Assembly (NCBI GenBank): GCA_963835575.1
Contig: CAWIGG010000006.1
Coordinates: 352,001 to 416,000, forward strand
Direction of reading: 5' to 3'
Length of the DNA stretch: 64,000 nucleotides
DNA from: an uncultured Spirochaetota bacterium
Lineage (GTDB): Bacteria > Spirochaetota > Brevinematia > Brevinematales > JAOACQ01
Both the position numbers and the translations under genes were made by a program. Positions 11,101-20,629 of this stretch are shown one piece after another. Under the pieces are notes generated by a model, which saw nothing but the letters and a program-made list of their open reading frames with translations, ran no database searches and was not told the origin of the DNA. Position 1 is the first letter of the stretch. Every line of letters begins with the position of its first letter.

Positions 11101-11712
11101 GTGAAATTATTATTCCTCTTCCTTCTTCTCATCCCTGCCTGGTCATTTCCGCTCACAGTTTCCCAGGTCCAGAATAATATCACATCCTATTTCACAAAGT
11201 TTAAGTCCTATCAAACGGGCTTTATCATGAAAACGACGGGCAGGTTCGGAAACGGCATGTTCAAAGGCGCGTTCACTTTTCAAAACGGCCAGGCCGTTTA
11301 CCAGCTGGAAAAGCCCGGCGCCATGAATGTCCAGATGAAAAAAGACGGCAGCGTGCTTATTCAAAACAACAAAAGCGACATTAACAGCGTATTCACAAGT
11401 CTGGAGTCGCTCTATTATGTTCTGATGACTAATAATTTTGAGTTAAAGATCGTCAGCGAGGATGCCGCCAGCGCTTCCATCGAAGCCGTAAATACATCAG
11501 GGAAAAAACGTATCTCAATGAATTACAATAAAACAATCGGGATGCTCGATTCCATTACGTATTCCGGAGGTAAAACCGCTCCGGCCATCGATGTTAAAAT
11601 CGATTATGATTCCATTCAGGGATTGCCGGTTTTTCAGCAGATCACGGCAGTCCTTCCCTCCGGTAGAATTACCCTCTACCTGGAAGACACGAAATTTGAG
11701 CTGAATCCCTGA
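11101..11712 (+). CDS. Exported protein, possibly LolA-like fold
   Basis: Signal peptide, RBS GGAGG, beta-rich ~200 aa, FKSYQTGF and ITLYLEDTKFE LolA-like pattern. Confidence 0.5.
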   Translation: MKLLFLFLLLIPAWSFPLTVSQVQNNITSYFTKFKSYQTGFIMKTTGRFGNGMFKGAFTFQNGQAVYQLEKPGAMNVQMKKDGSVLIQNNKSDINSVFTSLESLYYVLMTNNFELKIVSEDAASASIEAVNTSGKKRISMNYNKTIGMLDSITYSGGKTAPAIDVKIDYDSIQGLPVFQQITAVLPSGRITLYLEDTKFELNP

Positions 11713-11953
11713 CCGTTCCGGTCAGAAAAAATAATATCCGAACCGCAATATTTTGCAGTTAATCCCGTCTCTTATCTATAACAATGGCAGGTTTTGCTGA
11801 CCCCAATAGATCAGGATTGTCAGGATTAGTAATTCAGTCTTCACATTTTAAATTACAGCCATTAAAATCCTGTATAATTGGTGCCGGTATAAAAAGCTTA
11901 CGTTCGATCATTATTTAATCAGATTATGGAAAAGATTGTCAGAAAAAATGTAC

Positions 11954-11982
11954 TTGACATTTTTTTGCCAATTTAGTATAAT
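11954..11982 (+). promoter_or_regulatory. Consensus sigma70 promoter of the marR operon
   Basis: TTGACA (11954-59), 17 bp, TATAAT (11977-82). Confidence 0.85.
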
Positions 11983-12030
11983 TATTTCGTATGCGAAATA
12001 TTCTTGTACTAAATATTAGTATGCTAATTA
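11983..12030. promoter_or_regulatory. Putative MarR operator palindromes
   Basis: TATTTCGTATGCGAAATA and ATTAGTATGCTAAT, with a degenerate third copy between them, directly downstream of the -10 box. Confidence 0.7.
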
Positions 12031-12057
12031 TAATTAATACCGGGAGGGTGATTTTTT

Positions 12058-12493
12058 ATGGAGACGATGGACAAAAGCCTGGAACTGATAAAAGCTGATG
12101 AAGGAAGTGATGTTTCTCCTGCGGCATCATATGAGCAGTATCTGGGAGGACAGCGGGATTACCATGCCCCAGGGTTTCCTGCTCGGGATGCTCAGCAGAT
12201 CCGGAAAGATGAAGGTCCATGACCTGAGCTTGAAGCTCAGCATGACCGACAGCACGGTTTCCGGGATTATCGACCGGCTGGAAAAGAATGGAATGGTGGA
12301 AAGGACGAGAAGCCTGGAAGACAAACGGGTCGTTTATGTCAGTATTTCCCCGAAGTTTGAGGAAATGCACCGGGATTTTCGTAAAGACATGGAGGAAAAT
12401 ATCGGGAATGTCATCAGCAAAGGCACGCCGGAGGAGCTTGAAGCAATTGACTACGGTCTGAATATCATGAAAAGGCTGATGACCAATCAGTAA
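12058..12493 (+). CDS. MarR family regulator (possible frameshift near the N-terminus; in-frame ORF 12098-12493)
   Basis: GITMPQ..STVSGIIDRLEKNGMVER..DKRVV; RBS GGGAGG precedes ATG 12058, which is out of frame with 12098. Confidence 0.88.
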
Positions 12494-12518
12494 AAGGGTA
12501 ATCCAATAGTCCCTATTT

Positions 12519-12598
12519 TCACGCAAAGGAAATCAAAATTTTGCATTCTTTGCGTGCGGCGCCTGTCCCGAGCTTGCCGAGGGACGGCTTTGCGTGAG
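12519..12598. repeat. CACGCAAAG / CTTTGCGTG periodic repeat element with nested REP-like hairpin
   Basis: TCACGCAAAG ... CTTTGCGTG-[GCCTGTCCCGAGCTTGCCGAGGGA]-CTTTGCGTGA. Confidence 0.6.
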
Positions 12599-12667
12599 AC
12601 TACAAGAGTTTGCGTCTTTATGAATAATATTTAAAAAAAAGAAATACTCAAATTTCAGGAAGGATTT

Positions 12668-14398
12668 GTGATCAAACTATTCAAATATTTAAAGCCTTAT
12701 TCCATACCGGTGGCGGCGGTCATCATCCTGGTGTTTTTCCAGTCGATGTCCGACCTCTACCTGCCGACCCTGATGTCGGACATTGTGAACAAGGGCATTA
12801 CCAACGGCGATACCAATTATATCATGATAACCGGCGGCCTGATGCTCCTGGTGGCTCTGGGAGGCTCAGTCTGCGCGATCCTCGCGGGCTACCTGTCGAG
12901 CCATGCGGCCATGGGTCTGGGGGAGATCATCCGCAACGAACTTTTCACTCATGTGTCGAGATTTTCCCTGCATGAGTTCGATAAGGTCGGGACGCCGTCG
13001 CTCATCACCAGGAACACGAACGACGTGACGCAGGTCCAGATGGTGGTGATGATCATGATGCGTATGATGATCAGCGCGCCGATCATGTGCGTCGGCGGCA
13101 TTATCTTGGCCGTTTCGAAAGACCCCGGGCTTTCATGGGTGATCGTAATTGTCATTCCCGTCCTGGCCGCGGTGATCATTACAGTGGCCCTCAAGGGGTT
13201 CCCGCTCTTTCAGTCAATTCAGAAAAAGGTGGATAAAATCAATCTTGTCCTCCGGGAAGGTCTCACGGGCATCCGCGTGATCCGCGCCTTCAACCGCGAC
13301 GATGACGAAAAAAAGCGTTTCCATGATGCGAACAACGACCTGATGCAGACGTCCGTGCAGGTGAACCGTATGATGGCCATGCTTATGCCCGTCATGATGC
13401 TGGTGATGAACCTGACGACCGTCTCCGTCATTTGGTTTGGAAGCGTCCGTGTGAACGTGGGAACGTCCAATGTCGGGAATATGATGGCGTTCCTCCAGTA
13501 CGCGATGCAGATTTTGTTTTCACTGCTCATGGCGTCGATGATGTTCATCATGCTGCCGCGGGCCCAGGCCTCCGCGGAAAGGATCAACGAGGTCCTGGAC
13601 ATTGAGCCTGAAATCAACGATCCCGAAAAAGAAATTAAAACCGACGCGCGCACAAAAGGCTACATAGAGTTCCGCGACGTGACATTCAGGTACCACGGCG
13701 CCGAGGAGCCGGCCGTCCGCAATATCTCGTTCTCCGCGAAACCCGGAGAGGTGACGGCGATCATCGGAAGCACGGGGTCCGGCAAGTCGACATTGATCAA
13801 TATGATCCCCCGCTTTTATGACGCGGACAGCGGAAACATCCTGATAGACGGCGTAGACGTCCGGGATATGACCCAGGAGGCCCTGAGGGCCAAGATCGGG
13901 TTTGTTCCGCAGAAAGCCGTCCTTTTTACCGGGACCATCGCCGACAACATCCTCTACGGCAAGGAGGACGCCTCTGAAGGCGAAATCCGGAAAGCCGCGA
14001 AAACGGCCCAGGCCGCCGATTTCATTTCGGAGATGGCAGACGGTTACAATTCGATCATTTCACAGGGCGGGACCAACGTTTCCGGGGGCCAGAAGCAGCG
14101 TCTTTCGATAGCTCGCGCCCTGGTGAGGAAACCGGAAATCTTCGTCTTTGACGACAGCTTTTCAGCTCTGGACTTCAAGACGGACGCCAGGCTGCGCGCG
14201 GCCCTGAGAAAGGAAACGGCCCATTCCACCGTGATCATTGTCGGGCAGAGGGTGGCCACCATCATGGACGCCGACAGGATTATCGTCCTGGATGAGGGCA
14301 CGATCTGCGGGATCGGCACCCATAAAGAGCTTTATCAGAGCTGTCAGGTATACAAAGAAATCGTGGCCTCTCAGCTTTCGGAAGAGGAGATAGCATGA
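12668..14398 (+). CDS. Heterodimeric ABC exporter subunit (TM287-like, degenerate NBD)
   Basis: 6-TM domain, GSTGSGKS, VSGGQ, Walker B FDDS (D in place of E), switch GQR (Q in place of H). Confidence 0.92.
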   Translation: MIKLFKYLKPYSIPVAAVIILVFFQSMSDLYLPTLMSDIVNKGITNGDTNYIMITGGLMLLVALGGSVCAILAGYLSSHAAMGLGEIIRNELFTHVSRFSLHEFDKVGTPSLITRNTNDVTQVQMVVMIMMRMMISAPIMCVGGIILAVSKDPGLSWVIVIVIPVLAAVIITVALKGFPLFQSIQKKVDKINLVLREGLTGIRVIRAFNRDDDEKKRFHDANNDLMQTSVQVNRMMAMLMPVMMLVMNLTTVSVIWFGSVRVNVGTSNVGNMMAFLQYAMQILFSLLMASMMFIMLPRAQASAERINEVLDIEPEINDPEKEIKTDARTKGYIEFRDVTFRYHGAEEPAVRNISFSAKPGEVTAIIGSTGSGKSTLINMIPRFYDADSGNILIDGVDVRDMTQEALRAKIGFVPQKAVLFTGTIADNILYGKEDASEGEIRKAAKTAQAADFISEMADGYNSIISQGGTNVSGGQKQRLSIARALVRKPEIFVFDDSFSALDFKTDARLRAALRKETAHSTVIIVGQRVATIMDADRIIVLDEGTICGIGTHKELYQSCQVYKEIVASQLSEEEIA

Positions 14399-16320
14399 GC
14401 GAAGATAAAAGGGAACAAAGGCCCGTTCAGCCTCAGGGGCTCTTCGGGCGCGGCGGCGGCCGCGGCCGGGGCGGCTTCGGCGGCGGCATGATGGGACGCG
14501 GGCCTGTGGAAAAACCGAAGGATTTCATGGGAACTTTCAAGCGGCTTCTTGTCTATTTAAAACCGCAATATCTCAAACTCGGCATCATATTTATTTTTGC
14601 CGTGCTCAGCACAGTCTTCAACATATTGGGGCCGAAAATCCTGGGAAATGCGACGACAAAGCTTTTCGACGGACTGATGAATAAATACGCGGCGTTCATG
14701 CTTAAAAAACCGATGCCGTCCATCGATTTTGTTTATATAGGCCAGATCATCCTCTTATTGATTTTTCTATATCTTATCAGCGCGCTTTTCAGCTACATCC
14801 AGCAGTACCAGATGGCCGGCGTGTCGCAGAAAACCGTGTTCGATATGCGCAGGGACATGAACGATAAACTTTCGCGCCTGCCCCTGAAGTTTTTCGATTC
14901 CCGCACGCATGGCGAGATCATGAGCCGCGTTACGAACGATATCGACAACATCAGTACGACCCTCCAGCAGAGCCTGACGCAGATCATCTCGTCAGTCTGC
15001 ACCATTATAGGCGTCCTGGTCATGATGCTGACCATCAGCCCATGGCTTACACTGATCACCATTGTGACCCTGCCGGTCTCAATCCTGGTGACGGCCAACA
15101 TCGCCAAACTTTCGCAGAAATATTTCGGGGCCCAGCAGAAAACCCTCGGCGATCTGAACGGCCATGTCGAGGAGATGTACACTGGGCATAAGATCGTCAA
15201 GGCTTTCGGGCATGAGGAAAAATCCGTCAGGGAATTCAGGGAAATCAACGGGAAGCTCTACAGCGCCGGCTGGAAGGCGCAGTTCGTTTCCGGCATTATT
15301 TTCCCCATGATGAACTTCATCAATAATATAGGCTATGTGCTGGTCTGCGTCGTCGGCGGGATCATGGCGGCCAGGAAGGCCATCAAGATCGGGGACATCC
15401 AGGCTTTCATCCAGTATTCGAGGCAGTTTACACAGCCTATCGTGCAGACGGCGAATATCGCCAATATTCTCCAGTCGACGATCGCTTCGGCCGAGCGTGT
15501 TTTCGAGATCCTGGACGAGACCGAGGAAGTCCCAGACGATCCTTTTGCAAAAGGTATCGAGGAGCCGAAGGGCGACGTGGCCTTCGAGCATGTCAGGTTC
15601 GGCTACAGGGAAGACGCTGTTCTGATGGAAGACATGAATATCGATGTCAAACAGGGGCAGACGATCGCCATAGTCGGCCCGACGGGGGCCGGGAAAACCA
15701 CGATGGTCAACCTGCTGATGCGCTTTTATGAGATCAGCGGGGGAAGGATCACGGTGGACGGCGTCGATGTCAAAAGCCTGCGGCGGGGCCAATTACGCTC
15801 CATGTTCGGAATGGTGCTCCAGGACACATGGCTCTTTAACGGAACGATCCGTGAAAACATTGCCTACGGCCGGCAGGGTGCGACCGAGGAGGAGATCATC
15901 CAGGCGGCCAAAGCCGCGCATACCGACCACTTTATCCGGGCGCTGCCCGACGGCTACAATACGATGCTGAACGAAGAGGCGTCCAATATTTCCCAGGGGG
16001 AAAAACAGCTCCTGACTATCGCGAGGGCAATTCTTTCCGACCCGGCCATCCTTATCCTGGACGAGGCCACGAGCAGTGTTGATACCAGGACGGAGGTTTA
16101 CATCCAGAAGGCGATGAAGGAACTGATGAAGGGCAGGACAAGCTTTGTGATCGCGCACAGGCTTTCCACTATCCGCGACGCGGAAAAGATCCTGGTGATG
16201 AACCATGGGAAGATCATCGAAATGGGCAGCCATCAGGAACTTCTAGCCGGGAAAGGCTTTTACGCCGACCTTTACAACAGTCAGTTTACAGGGGCCTACA
16301 CGGACGCGGAGGCTGTGTAG
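14395..16320 (+). CDS. Heterodimeric ABC exporter subunit (TM288-like, consensus catalytic NBD)
   Basis: GPTGAGKT, ISQGEKQ, ILDEATS, IAHRL. Confidence 0.92.
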   Translation: MSEDKREQRPVQPQGLFGRGGGRGRGGFGGGMMGRGPVEKPKDFMGTFKRLLVYLKPQYLKLGIIFIFAVLSTVFNILGPKILGNATTKLFDGLMNKYAAFMLKKPMPSIDFVYIGQIILLLIFLYLISALFSYIQQYQMAGVSQKTVFDMRRDMNDKLSRLPLKFFDSRTHGEIMSRVTNDIDNISTTLQQSLTQIISSVCTIIGVLVMMLTISPWLTLITIVTLPVSILVTANIAKLSQKYFGAQQKTLGDLNGHVEEMYTGHKIVKAFGHEEKSVREFREINGKLYSAGWKAQFVSGIIFPMMNFINNIGYVLVCVVGGIMAARKAIKIGDIQAFIQYSRQFTQPIVQTANIANILQSTIASAERVFEILDETEEVPDDPFAKGIEEPKGDVAFEHVRFGYREDAVLMEDMNIDVKQGQTIAIVGPTGAGKTTMVNLLMRFYEISGGRITVDGVDVKSLRRGQLRSMFGMVLQDTWLFNGTIRENIAYGRQGATEEEIIQAAKAAHTDHFIRALPDGYNTMLNEEASNISQGEKQLLTIARAILSDPAILILDEATSSVDTRTEVYIQKAMKELMKGRTSFVIAHRLSTIRDAEKILVMNHGKIIEMGSHQELLAGKGFYADLYNSQFTGAYTDAEAV

Positions 16321-16337
16321 AGAGAAACGGGGGTAAC

Positions 16338-16589
16338 CCGCTAATGCACGCGAAGTACAAAAGTCGTCATTGCGAGGGGACAGATGTCTTTGCGCTGGGA
16401 GATTTAGCACGAAGCAATCTGTAAAATAAAGAGTAGATGAAACACAAAAATAAAGATGGTTATGCGGAGTAATAAGAATAAAGACGAATGAATGATCTGC
16501 AGACAGATTGCTTCGCACGAGAATCATCGGCAAAGAATAAAACTGGATGCTCGCAATGACGACTTTGGGCTGAGTTTGCACTTCGCGTA
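16338..16589. repeat. Periodic-arm element containing a nested GTCATTGCGAG...CTCGCAATGAC palindromic element
   Basis: Left arm CCGCTAATGCACGCGAAG; inner IRs AAAGTCGTCATTGCGAG / CTCGCAATGACGACTTT and CGAAGCAATCT / AGATTGCTTCG; right remnant CACTTCGCGT. Confidence 0.75.
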
Positions 16590-16641
16590 GGACACAGTTG
16601 CATTTTTTAAAGATACAAAATATATATAAAGGAAGAAACAT

Positions 16642-17535
16642 ATGAAGACAAATGAAAGAAAAAAACCAGTAATATTGGGAGTGATTATTCTGATCGTTCT
16701 TGTAACGGCGGGGCTTATCACCGGCTTTTTTCTGCTGAGCGATGCCGTAAACTTCGTCAGCACGGATGACGCCGCGATCGACAGCGACCATGCCGCCGTC
16801 AGCCCGAAAATGCTGGGACGCATCCGAACCCTGCTGGCTTCGGAAAGAGACAAGGTTAAGGCGGGACAGCTCCTGGTAGAGCTGGACAGTGATGACCTGA
16901 AAGCCCAGGAGGTCCAGGCGGTCGCTTCGATGAAATATGCGAAGCAGAACCTCAACCTGGCCAGAGTGAGCCTTGACAGGGCAAGGGACGATTTCCAGCG
17001 GACGAAATCCCTTTTTGACAGCGGGGTTTCGACAAGGGAACAGTATACCCATGCTTCCAAGACGCTGGAAACGGCCGAGGCGCAGTATTCCATCGCGCAG
17101 GCGCAGATAGAGACTTCCAAAGCTCAGCTCGGCATCATAGAAACCCAGCTCGGGAACACAAAGATCATGGCGCCGATTTCCGGTGTGATCGCGAAAAAGT
17201 TGTTCATGCCGGGGGACATCGTCCAGGCAGGCCAGTCCATCTACCTGATCAACGATCTGGACTTCCTCTGGGTCACGGCTAATTTCGAGGAAACCAAGGT
17301 TTCTCATATCCGCCTGGGCGCGGAGGCCGAGATTTATATCGATGCCTATCCGGGCAGGCCTTTTAAGGGCAGGGTGACGCGAATCGCGGCCGGCATTGTC
17401 TCGCCGCCTTTTTCCATCGGGGAATTTACCAAAACCACCCAGCGTGTCCCTGTCAGGATCGAGTTTGACAAAATCCCTGAGTCGCTGATCATACTTCCTG
17501 GAATGTCGGTTGAAGTCAAAATTAAGGTAAAATAG
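16642..17535 (+). CDS. HlyD/EmrA-family membrane fusion protein
   Basis: N-terminal TM, VSTDDA, IMAPISGVI, ANFEET, EFTKTTQRVPVRI. Confidence 0.92.
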   Translation: MKTNERKKPVILGVIILIVLVTAGLITGFFLLSDAVNFVSTDDAAIDSDHAAVSPKMLGRIRTLLASERDKVKAGQLLVELDSDDLKAQEVQAVASMKYAKQNLNLARVSLDRARDDFQRTKSLFDSGVSTREQYTHASKTLETAEAQYSIAQAQIETSKAQLGIIETQLGNTKIMAPISGVIAKKLFMPGDIVQAGQSIYLINDLDFLWVTANFEETKVSHIRLGAEAEIYIDAYPGRPFKGRVTRIAAGIVSPPFSIGEFTKTTQRVPVRIEFDKIPESLIILPGMSVEVKIKVK

Positions 17536-17617
17536 TTTATACCCGGGATCCTGTTTTTCAAAATGATCAGAAAAAAAATCGGATAACCGGGATAGAGAAT
17601 AGATAAGAGGTGATAAA

Positions 17618-18991
17618 ATGAAACAGATATTAACGGCGTTCTTCGTAATACTGCTGGCATTGAATGCCGCCCTGGCCGGAGAAGTCAGAACAATTACCGT
17701 CAGCAATGCCGTGGAGCTGGCACTCATGAATAATCTCCAGCTCAAGCAGTCCGGCGATGATGTCGCGATTGCGAAAGCCCAGCTGGGCCAGAGTTTTGCC
17801 GACTATGCCGTTCCGAAGATCAGCGCCAACGGCAGCCTGACCTTTCTGGACCCCCAGACGGTGAATAACGGAATCCTGGATTCCTTTACAGCGGGCCCGC
17901 CGGCCGGCGGTTTTCCTTTTACGCTCATTCCCGTTCAGTACACGAATGTGTTCGCTGATAATTATTCGGCGGGAATTTCCGTCAATAAGACGCTCTTCAC
18001 AGGGTTCAGGCTCTGGAATTCCATGCGGGTCAAGCAGATCAGCCTGGACCTGGCGAACAGAAAATACGAGGATAAAAAGAAAGAAATCACTTACAATACG
18101 CTTTACTCATTTTACAATCTGTTCCTCCTCAGGGAAAATATAAAGCTTTCGGAGGGACAGGACGCATCGCTGTCAAACCAGGTGAGGAATATCGGGCTGA
18201 ACTATGTCAACGGTTCCGCGTCCGAATATGACAAGATCAGGGTCAACGTGCTGTATAAATACAACCAGCCCAGGCTTCTCACTGCCAGGAACGCTTATCA
18301 GACGGCCAGGATCTCGCTCTGCGATTCCATAGGGATCAAGGATTATGACGATGTTGAATTCATCGGGAATCTCATGGATTATACCAACCTGATCCTGACT
18401 GATTTAACGGAGTCCAATGTTCTGGAGAAAGCGTTCTCCAACGACATAGGTTTGAAAACGATGGACTATTCCATTGAGATCCTGAAGGTAACGAAAGACA
18501 TTAATGACGGGGCGAAATACCCGACGCTCTCCGCGTTCTTCAATTATAAAACAGATTATGAGAAATACAACATGACGAATGCCGGAAGGGACTGGGTGAC
18601 GGGGTGGAACACGGGACTTCAGCTTTCCATTCCGATCGACGACTGGCTCCCTGTTTCCAGAACCGCAAACTCCGTTGAGGAAGTCAACGCCAATATCCGT
18701 AAAAGCTTGAACGCCCGGGAGCAAATGGCCGAAAACCTGTCTCTCCAGGTCAAGTCGCTTCTTATGCAGCTGGAGGTGGCGAAGATCAATGTCGGGAGCC
18801 AGCTGGAAGGGCTGAACCAGGCTCAGCTCGGGCTTGATGTCGCGAATAAGAGATACGGAGCGGGAGCGGCGCTTGCTTCGGAAATCATCGATTCGGAATT
18901 TTCATTCACGCAGGCGCAGATGGGCTATCTCCAGGCGGTTTTTGACTATTACACCAGTATTTTGAAGCTCAAACGCCTGACGGGGGAATAA
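17618..18991 (+). CDS. TolC-family outer membrane efflux protein
   Basis: Signal peptide, AVELALMNN, YPTLS, GLQLSIPI, KRYGAG; duplicated OEP architecture. Confidence 0.88.
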   Translation: MKQILTAFFVILLALNAALAGEVRTITVSNAVELALMNNLQLKQSGDDVAIAKAQLGQSFADYAVPKISANGSLTFLDPQTVNNGILDSFTAGPPAGGFPFTLIPVQYTNVFADNYSAGISVNKTLFTGFRLWNSMRVKQISLDLANRKYEDKKKEITYNTLYSFYNLFLLRENIKLSEGQDASLSNQVRNIGLNYVNGSASEYDKIRVNVLYKYNQPRLLTARNAYQTARISLCDSIGIKDYDDVEFIGNLMDYTNLILTDLTESNVLEKAFSNDIGLKTMDYSIEILKVTKDINDGAKYPTLSAFFNYKTDYEKYNMTNAGRDWVTGWNTGLQLSIPIDDWLPVSRTANSVEEVNANIRKSLNAREQMAENLSLQVKSLLMQLEVAKINVGSQLEGLNQAQLGLDVANKRYGAGAALASEIIDSEFSFTQAQMGYLQAVFDYYTSILKLKRLTGE

Positions 18992-19040
18992 AATACCGGT
19001 TCACCCCGGATAAAACGCATCTTATTTGAAAAGATATAAT

Positions 19041-19331
19041 TCACAGGAAGACGGGAAGGCACGAAGAGATGTGGAATTAGTTAAACTCTTATGATATTGT
19101 TAAAACTTATTACCAAGTATAGAATTGGGTAATATTTTTTAGAAAGGTTTATGAGAATGCAGCGCTTCAGAAAATAAAAAAGTCACAGACTTTAAGACAG
19201 TCCCTTAAAAAACACTGAAGATTCTGTAAAATTTCTGAATTATAATATAGTTTGAACAACATAGAAAATATTTTCATTTCACAATGGCTAAAGCTAAGTG
19301 CGGCTCTTCGTGTCTTCCTTTCTTCCTGTGA
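19041..19331 (+). mobile_element. Inverted periodic-arm element enclosing a decayed GxxExxY-family gene
   Basis: Arms TCACAGGAAGACGGGAAGGCACGAAGAG and CTCTTCGTGTCTTCCTTTCTTCCTGTGA; interior reads SYDIVKTYYQV / ELGN / FLE-VYENA across frameshifts. Confidence 0.6.
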
Positions 19332-19522
19332 AATGAACTTAGAGTAGTATTTATAAAATGAAATTCCAAAAAATATGCAAGGACCGAATGGAACAAAATA
19401 TTTTCACAGGTTTGTCACTGTCAAAAGTTGTGGTCCTGGGGATTTTTTAAATTTTCCGGTTCTTTTGACATATAATCGGGCCTTCATTAAATTATTCTCT
19501 AATTCTGATTAAGAAGGTTTTT

Positions 19523-19801
19523 ATGAGCGTCTTTGAAATTATCATGCTTCTCTGTTTCGGGGCCGCGTGGCCCTTCTCGATTTATAAATCCTACCGCTCC
19601 GGGTCAAATAATGGTAAAAGTATTATTTTTCTTCTGATTGTATTGATTGGATATGCCGCGGGGGTTCTGCATAAGATTTATTATAATTTTAATATGGTCA
19701 TCGTTTTTTACTGCGTCAATCTGGCAATGGTAGCGCTGGACTGCCTGATCTTTATCAGGAACAGCAGGCTCGGCGCGGTCAGAAAAATAAAAACTGATTA
19801 A
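19523..19801 (+). CDS. Small 3-TM membrane protein (PQ-loop/SemiSWEET-like)
   Basis: CFGAAWPFSIYKS..GKSIIFL pattern, 92 aa. Confidence 0.65.
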   Translation: MSVFEIIMLLCFGAAWPFSIYKSYRSGSNNGKSIIFLLIVLIGYAAGVLHKIYYNFNMVIVFYCVNLAMVALDCLIFIRNSRLGAVRKIKTD

Positions 19802-19989
19802 AGCTGGAATGTGAAAAAAACCGGCTGGAAAAAAACCTCCTTACGGGGTCTGGTTTATAACATTTTGTGAAACAATTAAAACACCGGTAATTCCGCGTAA
19901 AGGATTTCTTTATAAAAAGCTTTTTTTCTTGATTTATTTTGCGAGAAAGAATAATATTTTAAAATTGAAAGGTATAAGAGGTAGATAAA

Positions 19990-20433
19990 ATGCCTGTTTC
20001 AAAGACTGATATTGAAAATTGCTTAAGTTATTTTGACAGAGGATACAGCTGCGCCGAATCCGTGGCTTTAACGGGCATGGAGCTGGCGGGAATACGGACG
20101 GAACTTGTCCCGAAGATCGCGACAGGTTTCTCGGGCGGTGTCTGCCGGACAAAGTCGCTCTGCGGGGCTGTGGCCGGGGCTGTTCTTGTCCTCGGCGCCA
20201 GGTACGGCCGGATGAAACCGGAGGATGACAGGACGCTCTTAAACGCAAAGGTCCAGGTTTTTATGGGCGAATTCAGGGAAAAATTCGGCAGCGACAACTG
20301 CTATGAACTGACGGGAATTGACTTCAACGCTCCCGGGGGACAGGAAGCGTATAAAAACAAAACCCACAGGCAGATCTGTCATAAATTAGTGGAGTTTGCC
20401 ATAACAAAACTCGGGGAATTGATCGAAGAGTAA
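19990..20433 (+). CDS. C_GCAxxG_C_C family putative redox protein
   Basis: SCAESV, GFSGG, LCGAVAGA and two further conserved Cys. Confidence 0.85.
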   Translation: MPVSKTDIENCLSYFDRGYSCAESVALTGMELAGIRTELVPKIATGFSGGVCRTKSLCGAVAGAVLVLGARYGRMKPEDDRTLLNAKVQVFMGEFREKFGSDNCYELTGIDFNAPGGQEAYKNKTHRQICHKLVEFAITKLGELIEE

Positions 20434-20629
20434 AAACCCATTTTATGATTTAATTTATGCTGCCGGCTTTTTTATTTGCCGCTAAAAAACACGGTTTTGT
20501 CTGAAATCCGGATCGTATTTTATCATGCTTATCCTGGAGCTGTTTTTTTATTTCAGCCGGCCAGGCACAGAAAATAATAACGGCTCTAATCAATGGATAG
20601 AGGCGCAATAGAAAAAGGAAGTATGCCTT

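Noticed and set aside
16243..17745. 500-aa minus-strand ORF
   Set aside because: Shadow of the HlyD and tolC genes and the repeat element; no recognisable motifs
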